Source: Bdellovibrionales bacterium
GTDB taxonomy: Bacteria > Bdellovibrionota > Bdellovibrionia > Bdellovibrionales > UBA1609
Assembly (NCBI GenBank): GCA_965203095.1
Contig: OZ241877.1
Location: 128,001 to 192,000, forward strand
DNA: 64,000 nucleotides
Direction: 5' to 3'
Positions within the stretch are counted from its first letter, which is position 1. Every line of letters starts with the position of its first letter. Shown piece by piece: positions 10,548-20,146 of the stretch. The position numbers and the translations under genes are program-made. A model generated the notes under the pieces. The model had not been told where the DNA came from. It worked only from the letters and a program-made list of their open reading frames with translations, and ran no database searches.

Positions 10548-12595
10548 AAAAACCACAATGTTTGTTTTGCAGTCTTTGAATCAGGAAATTTACTGTCACT
10601 AAAATATGGGGTCATTTCAGCTATTTTTTTAGAGTATAAAACTGTTACTGGTTCTGCTTTTTGTTTTACACTAACCCAATACATTCTGGAAAATTGATAA
10701 ATTTGATCTATAAGAAGTTTAATATCTCCTTTTGAGGGCTTTTCCTGACTTGTTTTTGATATTTTTATTTGAATGGGATAAGGGAAATCTCCAATCTTTG
10801 CTCTGGTTATATTTGAGTATCTCTCATTATTACACAGGAGATAGTGCCATTTACTCTTAAGGATAACACAAGTTCCACTGACTGGCATTTTTCCATTATA
10901 AGAAATATCAAACGGGATGTAATCCTTACTTTCTGTAATATGCAAAACAATGTAAGGAATTTTAAGATTTAACTGATTCAGAGTGTTCTCTATTGTTCTG
11001 CTCTCTTTTTTATTCATTTTTTTGTAATAGTGGATAATGATTCTTTTAAAATTATTTATATCTATTTTTGATTTTGATATTTGCAATATAATATCTTTAA
11101 GAAACTTTGAAATATCCTCAATAGAATGAGCTTGTGAAGCATCAAATCGAACAAAAGTTCCATCATTTTTAAATGTCATGGTTGTGCCGATGCAGGTATT
11201 TTGATTCTTTCTAAAGGCTCCTACACCAATAATTAAATCACTTTCTATAGGACGGCTTAACCTCCAAGGGATTCCTCCCAGCTTAGCTAAAACAGCAATC
11301 CCAATATTGGACAAAAAGTAATTAAAGTTTGGTTTGATTATATTATCTCTGTAAATAACTTGAGAAGTGATATTTTCCTTCAATAATAACTCCTTCAATT
11401 TATAATAGATTCCTTTCTTATCGGAATCAAGATCATCTTTTTTGATTCGGGAAATATAAATCCCAACATATTTTATATTTCGATCAAAATCCAATGAAGC
11501 TAATTTCTGTTTGATTTCTGATAAAGGATTCTCTTTTTTAAATTTTATTGTTTTTTCTTTATCAAGATCTATATTTAATTCAACAAATCGAGAAAGCCCG
11601 GGGAAGCCTTTAATTCCTTTTTTAAAGTAAGCATAAAGTTTATTTGCAATATCTTTGTCATCTTCATGAAATATAAAAAAGAAACTATACTGCCTTTGTT
11701 CAACAGGCCGATAGGGGCCATACTCTTTAATTCCATAATAAGGACTAAAGTGAGTTTTGTTCTCACCAAATGTCAACAAATTAGAGTCTCGTTTTGCGTA
11801 TATTATTTGCTCATTGCTAATTGTTTGAAAGCCAGATCTAAAAATGGATATTTTCTCATTTTTATTTATATTAATATTCTTCCCTTTAACATATTTTTCA
11901 TAAAAATCAGAAATCTCATTATAAAACAGAGAATATTTATTTGGTGGTTTATGGAATGGTTTTGACCATCCCTTTTGTGCCAAAAATTCATTACTTACAA
12001 TCGCTTTTGTTTTTTTGGATTCTTTTTCTTCTGGAGTTAATTTATCAAAAGGCTTAACAGTATTTCCCACAAGAGCTTTTTTAATAACACTATGGAAATT
12101 TTTATAAGAACTTAGAGGTTTTTTTGTAGTGTCCTTTTTCCCTAAATAGGAAATGCTGAGATTCCAAAAATTCCCGGCAGAGCAAGCATATTGTTTTTTA
12201 GGGTGGATAATACGGACTTTAAATTTTTTATATGTTATTAAGTCATATCTATTGGATTCATCTTGTTTTTCAAGTAGAACAAGATCACCTATAAAATCCT
12301 TATAAACTATTAATTTTTGTTCTAAAAAATAATTGTAAAAGGATTTTTTTAAAATATATTTAACAACTTTAAAGTTTTCTTTATCAATTTCTATTGGTTC
12401 TGAACCTTTAAATTTTTCTAAAGCCCAATACACTCTCTCATTAAAATCTTTAAATTTATCAGGGTTCAGAAGTTTTTTTGGAATACTGTCATAGTCTTCT
12501 TGATTGTCTTTTGAATAATAAATCATTATCTTTTCAAAAGATAATTCAAAAGGTATCAGGTTAATTGTTAAATTAGAATTCATAGTTTGGCTCAT
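10544..12595 (-). CDS. Long prokaryotic Argonaute, catalytically inactive PIWI
   Basis: GIKEYGPY. MID motif YYKLK..ITSQVI..NIGIAVLAKLGGIPWRL. PIWI segments IIGVGAF, IIHYYK, FSRMYW..EPVTVLYS lack the catalytic Asp residues. Confidence 0.9.
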   Translation of the reverse strand: MSQTMNSNLTINLIPFELSFEKIMIYYSKDNQEDYDSIPKKLLNPDKFKDFNERVYWALEKFKGSEPIEIDKENFKVVKYILKKSFYNYFLEQKLIVYKDFIGDLVLLEKQDESNRYDLITYKKFKVRIIHPKKQYACSAGNFWNLSISYLGKKDTTKKPLSSYKNFHSVIKKALVGNTVKPFDKLTPEEKESKKTKAIVSNEFLAQKGWSKPFHKPPNKYSLFYNEISDFYEKYVKGKNININKNEKISIFRSGFQTISNEQIIYAKRDSNLLTFGENKTHFSPYYGIKEYGPYRPVEQRQYSFFFIFHEDDKDIANKLYAYFKKGIKGFPGLSRFVELNIDLDKEKTIKFKKENPLSEIKQKLASLDFDRNIKYVGIYISRIKKDDLDSDKKGIYYKLKELLLKENITSQVIYRDNIIKPNFNYFLSNIGIAVLAKLGGIPWRLSRPIESDLIIGVGAFRKNQNTCIGTTMTFKNDGTFVRFDASQAHSIEDISKFLKDIILQISKSKIDINNFKRIIIHYYKKMNKKESRTIENTLNQLNLKIPYIVLHITESKDYIPFDISYNGKMPVSGTCVILKSKWHYLLCNNERYSNITRAKIGDFPYPIQIKISKTSQEKPSKGDIKLLIDQIYQFSRMYWVSVKQKAEPVTVLYSKKIAEMTPYFSDSKFPDSKTAKQTLWFL

Positions 12596-12678
12596 TTATT
12601 TTTATTGCCTTTTGTTTTTCATAGTGTCCAACAAGTTATCTATTATAAAATTCAGCATAAGTCTCATAAATTTTATTT

Positions 12679-15330
12679 TTATTGCTTTGTTTTAAAAACT
12701 TTGTTTAGGGAATCTCGCCATTTGTTTTGAAAGATAAGATCAAATGTCATTTTTTTGTCTTGAATTTCAATAGTTCCGGCCCCAAAGGATTTTTGAGAGT
12801 ATTTTGTAAAAAGCTCAAAAAGCTTTCTCTTGTATTCTGTATCAAGGTTTCCCATAAGATGTTGCCCTTTTGTTTCTAAAATGGAAAAAGAGGCATTACC
12901 CTTTTTAGATGACCTGACACAAACTAAAAAATCAGGATAGATTTTATTTTTTTGCCAGCCCTGTAAATACCAATCCTGCTTTTCTATAATCCTATGCCAC
13001 CATTTAATGGCTGAATCCTCGTCCAAATACCAAGCCACTTTTTTTTCCAAATCGTTAAACTTAAACTCCTCTTTGTAAACACTTTCAAACAGAGAAAGTT
13101 GCAAATCCATATTATTTTGCCTTCTCAATACAGGACTTCCTTGGGAAATAAAGAGATTCAAGCTTTCTGCCATTTCCCAATTCAAGTCGGGATCGCCTGC
13201 ACTCACCAGTTTAAATATAATTTCATGATTTTTTAATTTTTCCCTAAAAAGCTTTTCTGTTTTTTGACTGATTTGCTCTTGAATATTATTTCTTAAAAAA
13301 TCCAAAATATAAAATCGGCTCAAATAAACCCGCTCTTTTCCATATTTCCTTTTTAATGAAGAAAGAGCCTTATCCACTATCACACTTGCAGACCAAAGAT
13401 TAGGAACAATGTCAGAAAGCCTTTGACACATAAAACCAAAATCCATATTAAAATCCTCCGGCATATCCTCCTCTTCACTGCCATGGAAAGAAGAGATCAA
13501 TTCCAACTGTTTTTTTATATCCACCTGTGTATGAGATATATCGGGAATTTTCTCATCTAAATTCGGAGTTCGATTTGATTTTAACTTTGAATAATCAATG
13601 TCAAATAGCAAATCTTCCTCATAACTTAACTCCTTTAAGATATTCCCTTTTTTTAAGAGAACTTTTGGCAAAAAGATTTTTAAACCTCTAAAGGGTTTTC
13701 TTCTTCGGATATTCACTTCCCGAACAGGGGGCTTATGATTATCAGGCATTTTTATTTCTCCAGCCAAGCCATCCATTCCTTCGTTTTCTAAGCCTTTTCG
13801 GATTCCCTCCACAGTTTGTTTTGTATCTTGATCCATACAAAGCACATAAGATTGATTTAAAGATTCTATGTTGGTTCTTCTTGTCTCCGGTTGCCTTAAA
13901 ACTCGCCCTATCATTTGCTCAATAGCCAGAGTGGACTTTGTTTTAGATAAAATCGTCAAAATATAAGCAAAGGGGCAATCCCAACCCTCTTTTAAGGCTT
14001 CCTTAGTGATTATGTATTGGACTTTAGAATATTTAGAGAGCAAGTCCTCATTTTTCAACTCGTCCTTTGTGGCAGATTTGACTTTAATTTCCGCAGGATC
14101 CACATTAAAGTTTTTTATCAAATACTCTCGGACATCTTCGGAATGAATAAATTTCTTTTCCCTTTGATCAGCTCCCGTTCTCTCCACCCTGACAAGTAGG
14201 ATAGGACGAATATAGCGACTGTCCTTGGCCTGCAACTTGATGGCATTTTTTGAAAGTTTTTGCAAAATTTCATGACCTTTAGCTAAAGCCTTTTTCCAAT
14301 CCTTATTTTTTAAGTTATAAATGTTAATGGGGAGTTTTATCATTTCCTCTTTTTTTAATTCCCCACCAGATACAGAAACCAAAACATTGCTCTCATGAGA
14401 TTTTTTGTTGGGTGTGGCCGAAAGCTCTAAAATAAACCGAGGATTAAAATCCATTAAGGCTTTTTTTGCCTTTTCTGTATAAGCCCTGTGGCCTTCATCA
14501 ATTACAATTAAAGGTTGAACCAGTTTTAAAACATTGCCCAAACTGTGCTTTAAGGGGATTTTCTTTAAATTTCTGGAAAGGATGGAGGCTTTAAAGCTGT
14601 GAGTGTCAAGGTTAGGACAGATTTCAATCAGTTTTTGACTGCTCTGGTAGTCATCAATTTCCGGAAAAAAATATGGGAATTTTCCGGAATCTTTGAATAT
14701 TCTTAAAGTTTCTTTTGACTGCCTTCCGGCGGATTGAAGCATTAACAACAAGACACATAAATAATTTTCCACATCGGAAGGGTGAAAACTATCGGTTTTT
14801 TGCAGAATTTTAACTTTTCTACCTGAGGCCCGATCCAAAGTCTGCCTGTAAAGGCTTTCTCTGTCAGAAAGAGCTTTTAAAGTTTGTTTGTAAATGGTAT
14901 CACTGGGAACTACCCACAGAACAAGGCCATTGTTTCTTTCAAAAAAATCTGTGTTGATCCTCTCTATACTGCCAGCTCCAAGAATGGTTTTTCCTCCTCC
15001 TGTAGGAACTTTAAGACATATATTAGGGACGGGGCGACAAAGGCCACTCAGTCGATCTTTGTAGAGAGGTGCTGTCTCCCCTATTTTTGTTAAAAAAGAG
15101 GGAAGTCGTTTTTGCCTATTCAGCTCATCCCAGGCTCTCTTGCAAAAATTAAAATCCTCTGAATCCCACTGGACAGGAAGATTATCTTTGTTTCTGATTT
15201 CAGCTAAAGCCAAGGCATTGTGTCGCTTTTCCTTCAAAATATTAAGATAGAACGAAAGCCTTTCAAGAACAGCCTGCTGATAATCTTTTAATTCCACTTT
15301 AAAGTCCTCTGTTTTTTCTAAATTGGTCAC
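12679..15330 (-). CDS. Type III restriction enzyme Res subunit (SF2 helicase + PD-(D/E)XK)
   Basis: VPTGGGKT, IDEGH, LSATP, EGWDCP, QMIGRVLR, YPDF..ETKG motifs. Confidence 0.88.
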   Translation of the reverse strand: MTNLEKTEDFKVELKDYQQAVLERLSFYLNILKEKRHNALALAEIRNKDNLPVQWDSEDFNFCKRAWDELNRQKRLPSFLTKIGETAPLYKDRLSGLCRPVPNICLKVPTGGGKTILGAGSIERINTDFFERNNGLVLWVVPSDTIYKQTLKALSDRESLYRQTLDRASGRKVKILQKTDSFHPSDVENYLCVLLLMLQSAGRQSKETLRIFKDSGKFPYFFPEIDDYQSSQKLIEICPNLDTHSFKASILSRNLKKIPLKHSLGNVLKLVQPLIVIDEGHRAYTEKAKKALMDFNPRFILELSATPNKKSHESNVLVSVSGGELKKEEMIKLPINIYNLKNKDWKKALAKGHEILQKLSKNAIKLQAKDSRYIRPILLVRVERTGADQREKKFIHSEDVREYLIKNFNVDPAEIKVKSATKDELKNEDLLSKYSKVQYIITKEALKEGWDCPFAYILTILSKTKSTLAIEQMIGRVLRQPETRRTNIESLNQSYVLCMDQDTKQTVEGIRKGLENEGMDGLAGEIKMPDNHKPPVREVNIRRRKPFRGLKIFLPKVLLKKGNILKELSYEEDLLFDIDYSKLKSNRTPNLDEKIPDISHTQVDIKKQLELISSFHGSEEEDMPEDFNMDFGFMCQRLSDIVPNLWSASVIVDKALSSLKRKYGKERVYLSRFYILDFLRNNIQEQISQKTEKLFREKLKNHEIIFKLVSAGDPDLNWEMAESLNLFISQGSPVLRRQNNMDLQLSLFESVYKEEFKFNDLEKKVAWYLDEDSAIKWWHRIIEKQDWYLQGWQKNKIYPDFLVCVRSSKKGNASFSILETKGQHLMGNLDTEYKRKLFELFTKYSQKSFGAGTIEIQDKKMTFDLIFQNKWRDSLNKVFKTKQ

Positions 15331-15393
15331 CCATGAACATTATACCATAAACAAAAATTCGGTGGTAAGAGTTCAAGGTATTCTCGTCCTGAA

Positions 15394-15575
15394 CAAGATT
15401 TTCTGGATTCCCGCTATCAAAGGAATGACTGTTCTGCAAGATTTTCTGGATTCCCGCTATCAAAGGAATGACTGTTCTGCAAGATTTTCTGGATTCCCGC
15501 TTTCGCGGGAATGACTGTTCTGCAAGATTTTCTGGATTCCCGTTTTCGCGGAAATGACTATTCTGCAAGTTTTTC
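15394..15575. repeat. Tandem 43-bp REP-like palindrome array (4 units plus partial)
   Basis: caagattttctggattcccgctatcaaaggaatgactgttctg starting at 15394, 15437, 15480, 15523; partial at 15566. Confidence 0.92.
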
Positions 15576-15649
15576 TTGATTTCCATTCGCATGGGAATCA
15601 AAAAGTCTAAGGGCTTTTTGGTAAAATAGAAAAAAACACTACCCATTAC

Positions 15650-17308
15650 TTAAATTCCTATAATTTTATAAATGGCAGTGGGAAGTTGGCAAAATTGAAT
15701 ACCGTATTTTTTCTTAAGATTTTTTTGAGTGATATAGCTTGCCGTAGCATAAACCAAGTTGATTTTTTTGGAATTTTTATTGAATTTTTGAACCGCTTCC
15801 GCAAGATCCAAATGCAAGGCACTTTTTTTGCTCATTAAAAAATCCAAATCAGGTTTATATACAAGATGAAAACTGTAATTTTCCGTTTCACCGATAAACC
15901 AAGATGGGCTAATTTTAGGGACAACATTCAAACTTTTTCCTGTTGCCGTGTAAAAAATATATTCCGCCAGTTGTTTGTAGTCGGGAAGTTTGCCCCTTAG
16001 CATATTCTCCGCATTGATTTCATCCCCCAAAGAACAATAAGTAAGGGAACCACCTAAGCCTTTTTTTAGTTTTTTATCCTTGGCTTTTGGGATGCCCTTA
16101 ATCACACGGCGAACCCGCTCCGTCGTGATTTTATCCGCATAATCCTCACACTCAACCAGAATAAATTTGCGATGGCCTCCGTCCTCTTTATTTAAGTCTA
16201 AAACTGCATGAGCTGTCGTGCCAGAACCGGCAAAAGAATCTAAAATAATAGAGTCTTTATCACTTACAATTTTAAACAAACGGATCAGCAAATTAACAGG
16301 CTTGCTATTATTAAAAATTTTTTTACCGAATATTCCTTTTTGCTCATTTGTAGCATCAGTTGTAGTTGCTAAATCATAAAAAATAGTCCGCTCTTTTATT
16401 GTTTTTGTCTGTCCGTTCAATTCATCAAGGTATTCTACTTCATAAGGGGTCCAGAGGTTTTTTCTTTTTTCCCAATGAATATGCTCTTTATCTAAATTCA
16501 CCGGACGGGTCCGCCAGTTGCCGTCCCTTCCATCAGGTGCTTTAGGATAAAAATCTTTGCCATCAGGATCTTTAATGGAATAAAACATTGTTGGACGATC
16601 CTCACGGTAAGCATTAGATCCCCATTTTTCCAACTTTGTAAAACGGCACTTTCTCCCACTTTTAACTTTGTTAAAATATTTTGAGTTGATCTCAATAGTT
16701 CGAAAAATCATGCGAAAACTGTTACTTTTTCGATAGCATAATATATAATCATGCTCTCTGGCAAAATACTCACTGTCTTGACCACCACCTGCTTTTTTTC
16801 GCCAGACTATCTCATTAACAAAATTTTCTTCCCCAAAAATTTCATCCATTATCATTCTCAATCTATGTTGTTCATTGTCATCAATAGAAATAAAAATCAC
16901 TCCATCTTCAGATAGCAATTCCTTTAATAACTGGAGCCTTGGCCACATCATGCAGAGCCATTTGTCATGTCTTTCCTGATCATCTGTTCCAATGCCGTTT
17001 TGTTTTAGCCATTCCTTTATTATGGGACTGTTGACCCTGTCGTTGTATTTCCAGCCTTCGTTTCCGGTGTTATAGGGTGGATCAATATAAATACATTTGA
17101 CTTTCCCGGAGTATCTGGGCAAAAGGGCTTTTAAGGCATGAAGATTGTCTCCATGGATGACTAAATTATCATTTAGACTTAGTGCTGATTTTCCCGTTTT
17201 TTTGTCTGACGAAAGAGATTTTTTTACATCCACTTTAAGTGTTCGGAAAGGAACTCCAAGATGATGAGAATAGATGATGGATTTTCCCTTAAAATCTAAA
17301 AAAGGCAT
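15650..17308 (-). CDS. Type III R-M Mod DNA methyltransferase
   Basis: HGDNLHALK, YIDPPYNTG, FISIDDNE, LDSFAGSGTT motifs. Confidence 0.9.
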   Translation of the reverse strand: MPFLDFKGKSIIYSHHLGVPFRTLKVDVKKSLSSDKKTGKSALSLNDNLVIHGDNLHALKALLPRYSGKVKCIYIDPPYNTGNEGWKYNDRVNSPIIKEWLKQNGIGTDDQERHDKWLCMMWPRLQLLKELLSEDGVIFISIDDNEQHRLRMIMDEIFGEENFVNEIVWRKKAGGGQDSEYFAREHDYILCYRKSNSFRMIFRTIEINSKYFNKVKSGRKCRFTKLEKWGSNAYREDRPTMFYSIKDPDGKDFYPKAPDGRDGNWRTRPVNLDKEHIHWEKRKNLWTPYEVEYLDELNGQTKTIKERTIFYDLATTTDATNEQKGIFGKKIFNNSKPVNLLIRLFKIVSDKDSIILDSFAGSGTTAHAVLDLNKEDGGHRKFILVECEDYADKITTERVRRVIKGIPKAKDKKLKKGLGGSLTYCSLGDEINAENMLRGKLPDYKQLAEYIFYTATGKSLNVVPKISPSWFIGETENYSFHLVYKPDLDFLMSKKSALHLDLAEAVQKFNKNSKKINLVYATASYITQKNLKKKYGIQFCQLPTAIYKIIGI

Positions 17309-17600
17309 ACTTTTCCTTAATAATTATATCCCGTCCCAAACCAGATGGGATTGTGTTTATGCGATCGGTTAAAGACCAGCTTCACGGGCAATTAAATAAT
17401 AACATAATGAAAAGGTAAAGGCAAACATCTATCCTGGTTTTGTCTAAAGTTGTTCTTAAGTTCTTAAGAAATAATGCAATATGTTAATCGCCTTCTTGCA
17501 TCTAATAGGAAATCATAAGTTAAGGCTATAGACTTGGCCTTTGTTGGTCCGCCGACCGTCAAAAGAAAAAAAAGCACTTTTGTCGCCTCATAATGTTAAG

Positions 17601-17674
17601 TGGAGGTGATGGCCGGATTTGAACCGACGTGAGCGGATTTGCAGTCCGCCGCCTAACCCCTCGGCCACATCACC
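17601..17674 (-). tRNA. tRNA-Cys(GCA)
   Basis: Reverse complement GGTGATGTGGCCGAGGGGTTAGGCGGCGGACTGCAAATCCGC...GGTTCAAATCCGGCCATCACCTCCA folds as a cloverleaf with GCA anticodon and encoded CCA. Confidence 0.95.
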
Positions 17675-17765
17675 TTATTTTTTCATGCATAGCCCTTTTT
17701 GTTTTTAAAAAAGCCTTGCTATTTATAACATAAGCAAAAGTCCTGTGGCAAGGATTTAAGAGAGC

Positions 17766-17952
17766 TGGATTCCCGCTTTCGCGGGAGCTAAAAAGCCTAC
17801 GGGCTTTTTTAACAGGCTGAGGCTTTTTCATGGGCGACTATGGTAGTGGATTCCCGCTCAATGCGGGAGCTAAAAAGCTTGGGGGGCTTTTTGGCAAACT
17901 AAGCCGTTTTTAAATAAGTTTTTTTGGATTCCCGCTCAAGGAGGCGGGAAAG
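17766..17952. repeat. Cluster of REP-like GGATTCCCGC..GCGGGA hairpins
   Basis: Three tggattcccgct copies. gggagctaaaaagcttgggg(g/a)gctttttggcaaact is shared with about 63592. The last copy overlaps the aroA 3' end. Confidence 0.75.
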
Positions 17953-19153
17953 ACTGGCTCGGCGGGAAGGACGGGATTGCAGAATCCACCAAAGAGTGAA
18001 ATCCAGGAAAGCTTTTGCTAACACATTCCTCCCCCTTCACAGTCACAGGAACACCTATAGCCTGAGCTAAAGCCCCTGCCATAGCCATACGATGATCTTT
18101 TGCAGAATCAAAAACAAAGGGAGAGACTTTAGGCCATATCTTCCGGCCATGAATGAGGAAAACCTCTTTTTTGATTAAAGACTCTATCCCACAAAGTTTT
18201 AAAAGCTCTTGAGTTTTTTCTATCCGAGGGGATTCTTTAAAAGCCAGATGAGATATATCTTTAAGCTGGCTTGTGCCTTCCGCCTTAGCACACAAAACAG
18301 AAAGCATGGGGAACAGATCAGGTGTTTCTTTTAAACTTATATTTATGGGCTTTAAATTCTCACATTTAGAAACAATTAGTTTTTTGTTTTCAAAGGAAAT
18401 AATAACTCCCATTTCACTTAAAATTTTAGGAAATATATTGTCCGGCTGAAGGCTCACTTCCTCCCAATCTAAAAAAATAGCTTGCCCCTTAATAACAGCA
18501 AAAACAGCTAAGGCAAATAAACAACTTTTGTCTTGCTCTACGGTGTAAGAGCTTTTTTTTAAAATCTGATTTTTTGGAATAAAAAACTCCTGGCCGTTTT
18601 GTTGAACTTCCATGCCCAATTTTTTAACAAAATTCAAAGTCATTTGAAAATAAGAATGAGACACTGCCCCTCGGCTTAAGGAAAAATACAGGTCTTGATC
18701 TAACTTCCAACTGTTTAAAACCAAAGCAGAACTGTATTGGCTGGAGTTTTGAGAGGGGATATGAAGGCCATCGCCTTGCAGTCTCCAACCCTTTGAAGAG
18801 ATGAAAAAGCCATTGTCTCTTTTTTCTACTCGAACAGAAAGTTGAGGCAAAAGGCTTAAAATTTCCTGAAGGGGTCTTTTTAGAAGAGGGGGATCTGCGG
18901 TAAGTAAAAACTCCCCCTTTTCGCGAGACAGGCGAAAGGCTAAAAAACGAAAAGCCGTCCCGCTCAAACCACAGTGAATTTCTTGTTTTTGCTTAAAATT
19001 TTTTATGGCAGAACTCATAATGCGAATATCATCGCAAAGGCTTGTCCCTTGAACGGAAAAGTGAGAGAACCAACTCTTCACAATCAAAGCTCTATTCAAA
19101 AGAGATTTTGAAAGTGGCCCTCGTCCTAAAAAATAAAAATCATCTTGAGACAT
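17936..19153 (-). CDS. aroA: 3-phosphoshikimate 1-carboxyvinyltransferase
   Basis: SKSLLNR, GLSGTAFRF, SSQYSSAL, KESPRI, DHRMAMA, VSKSFPGF motifs. Confidence 0.9.
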   Translation of the reverse strand: MSQDDFYFLGRGPLSKSLLNRALIVKSWFSHFSVQGTSLCDDIRIMSSAIKNFKQKQEIHCGLSGTAFRFLAFRLSREKGEFLLTADPPLLKRPLQEILSLLPQLSVRVEKRDNGFFISSKGWRLQGDGLHIPSQNSSQYSSALVLNSWKLDQDLYFSLSRGAVSHSYFQMTLNFVKKLGMEVQQNGQEFFIPKNQILKKSSYTVEQDKSCLFALAVFAVIKGQAIFLDWEEVSLQPDNIFPKILSEMGVIISFENKKLIVSKCENLKPINISLKETPDLFPMLSVLCAKAEGTSQLKDISHLAFKESPRIEKTQELLKLCGIESLIKKEVFLIHGRKIWPKVSPFVFDSAKDHRMAMAGALAQAIGVPVTVKGEECVSKSFPGFHSLVDSAIPSFPPSQSFPPP

Positions 19154-19176
19154 TTTATCCTAAAAAAGCTTTGTTC

Positions 19177-20145
19177 TCAAAGAGAGCTGATAAACTTCCT
19201 CCAATCAGAATTTCTCCAGTTGAGATTTCCCGTATTGAAAATATAGGCGGAATCATGGGAAAATTTGTTTATACCTCTAAACTTGATATCCCCTTCAATC
19301 TCTTCTCTCTTTTTTATATCTTTTAAAAAAGAACGGCTATATTTCCCTTGCCATGAGTGGATTGTGTAATGTTTGATTCCTTTTTTCCCTTTATATTTAT
19401 ATTGCTCTGATTGAAAATCCTTTGTTAAGACAAAACCAGCAATATAAGCAGGAATTTTCTCTAAGTTAGGGATAGCATTAAAAAAAGCTCCAGCCTCTTC
19501 TTTTTTAAAATAACCTTTTTCAACCGCTCTTTTTAGCAATTTGTCTTTAAAAACACTTATCTTTTTAAAAAAAGAAAAAATATGACTTTTTTCCAGAATC
19601 AACTGGACCAGAATATGACAATCTGAATGGTGAAATTGAGTTCCCGGAATATCTAACCACATTCCATTTAGGCTTGTCGTTTTTATTCCAATAGTTTTTT
19701 TAGGCTTTCTAAATTTTAAATCTTCCCTCTTTTTAATTTCATAAATATCAGTATGAATAAATTTTTTTAACTCTCCTGCCCTGTGTTCAAGCTTTGATTC
19801 TATATTAAATTTTTCCCATAAAAATTTCTGAAATGCTTTTTCGCCAAGGTAGCCTCTTGTAGTGTCCGCCCATTTTTGATTAAAATCCCTTTGTCTTGAG
19901 CTTCCAAAATCTGTCTCAGCAAAATTCTTTAATGATTTTAATGCATTTAAGCATACCTCCTCATAGTCTGATACTGTTAAAAAAACAGTATTGTTTTTAA
20001 TTCGTTTTTCAATCCATTCCGCACTTTCTTTCTCATTGGCAAATTCTCCTGAAATATAAGATTTTTTATAGAACTTCTCACTATTGAGCTGATTTAAACC
20101 AAGAAGATCAGAAATTTTCTTAACATGATTTTTATTTGGTATCAT
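19177..20145 (-). CDS. Putative Type II restriction endonuclease
   Basis: AT-rich ORF directly downstream of a C5 MTase. GEKAF..TDI..IGIKT PD-(D/E)XK-like pattern. Start re-assigned to ATG 20145. Confidence 0.65.
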   Translation of the reverse strand: MIPNKNHVKKISDLLGLNQLNSEKFYKKSYISGEFANEKESAEWIEKRIKNNTVFLTVSDYEEVCLNALKSLKNFAETDFGSSRQRDFNQKWADTTRGYLGEKAFQKFLWEKFNIESKLEHRAGELKKFIHTDIYEIKKREDLKFRKPKKTIGIKTTSLNGMWLDIPGTQFHHSDCHILVQLILEKSHIFSFFKKISVFKDKLLKRAVEKGYFKKEEAGAFFNAIPNLEKIPAYIAGFVLTKDFQSEQYKYKGKKGIKHYTIHSWQGKYSRSFLKDIKKREEIEGDIKFRGINKFSHDSAYIFNTGNLNWRNSDWRKFISSL

Positions 20146-20146
20146 T

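Noticed and set aside
12596..12693. Short direct repeat around the res-pAgo gap
   Set aside because: Low-complexity A/T-rich sequence; not significant by eye.
15394..15575. CRISPR array
   Set aside because: Units are contiguous with no unique spacers, and no cas genes are present.
15650..17308. Phase-variable mod (phasevarion)
   Set aside because: No simple-sequence repeat tract seen in the ORF.
17357..17382. 23/26-nt match to 4210-4235 (ttatgcgatcg.ttaaagac..gctt) as an att pair
   Set aside because: Imperfect, would enclose housekeeping genes, and no integrase; cannot be distinguished from chance.
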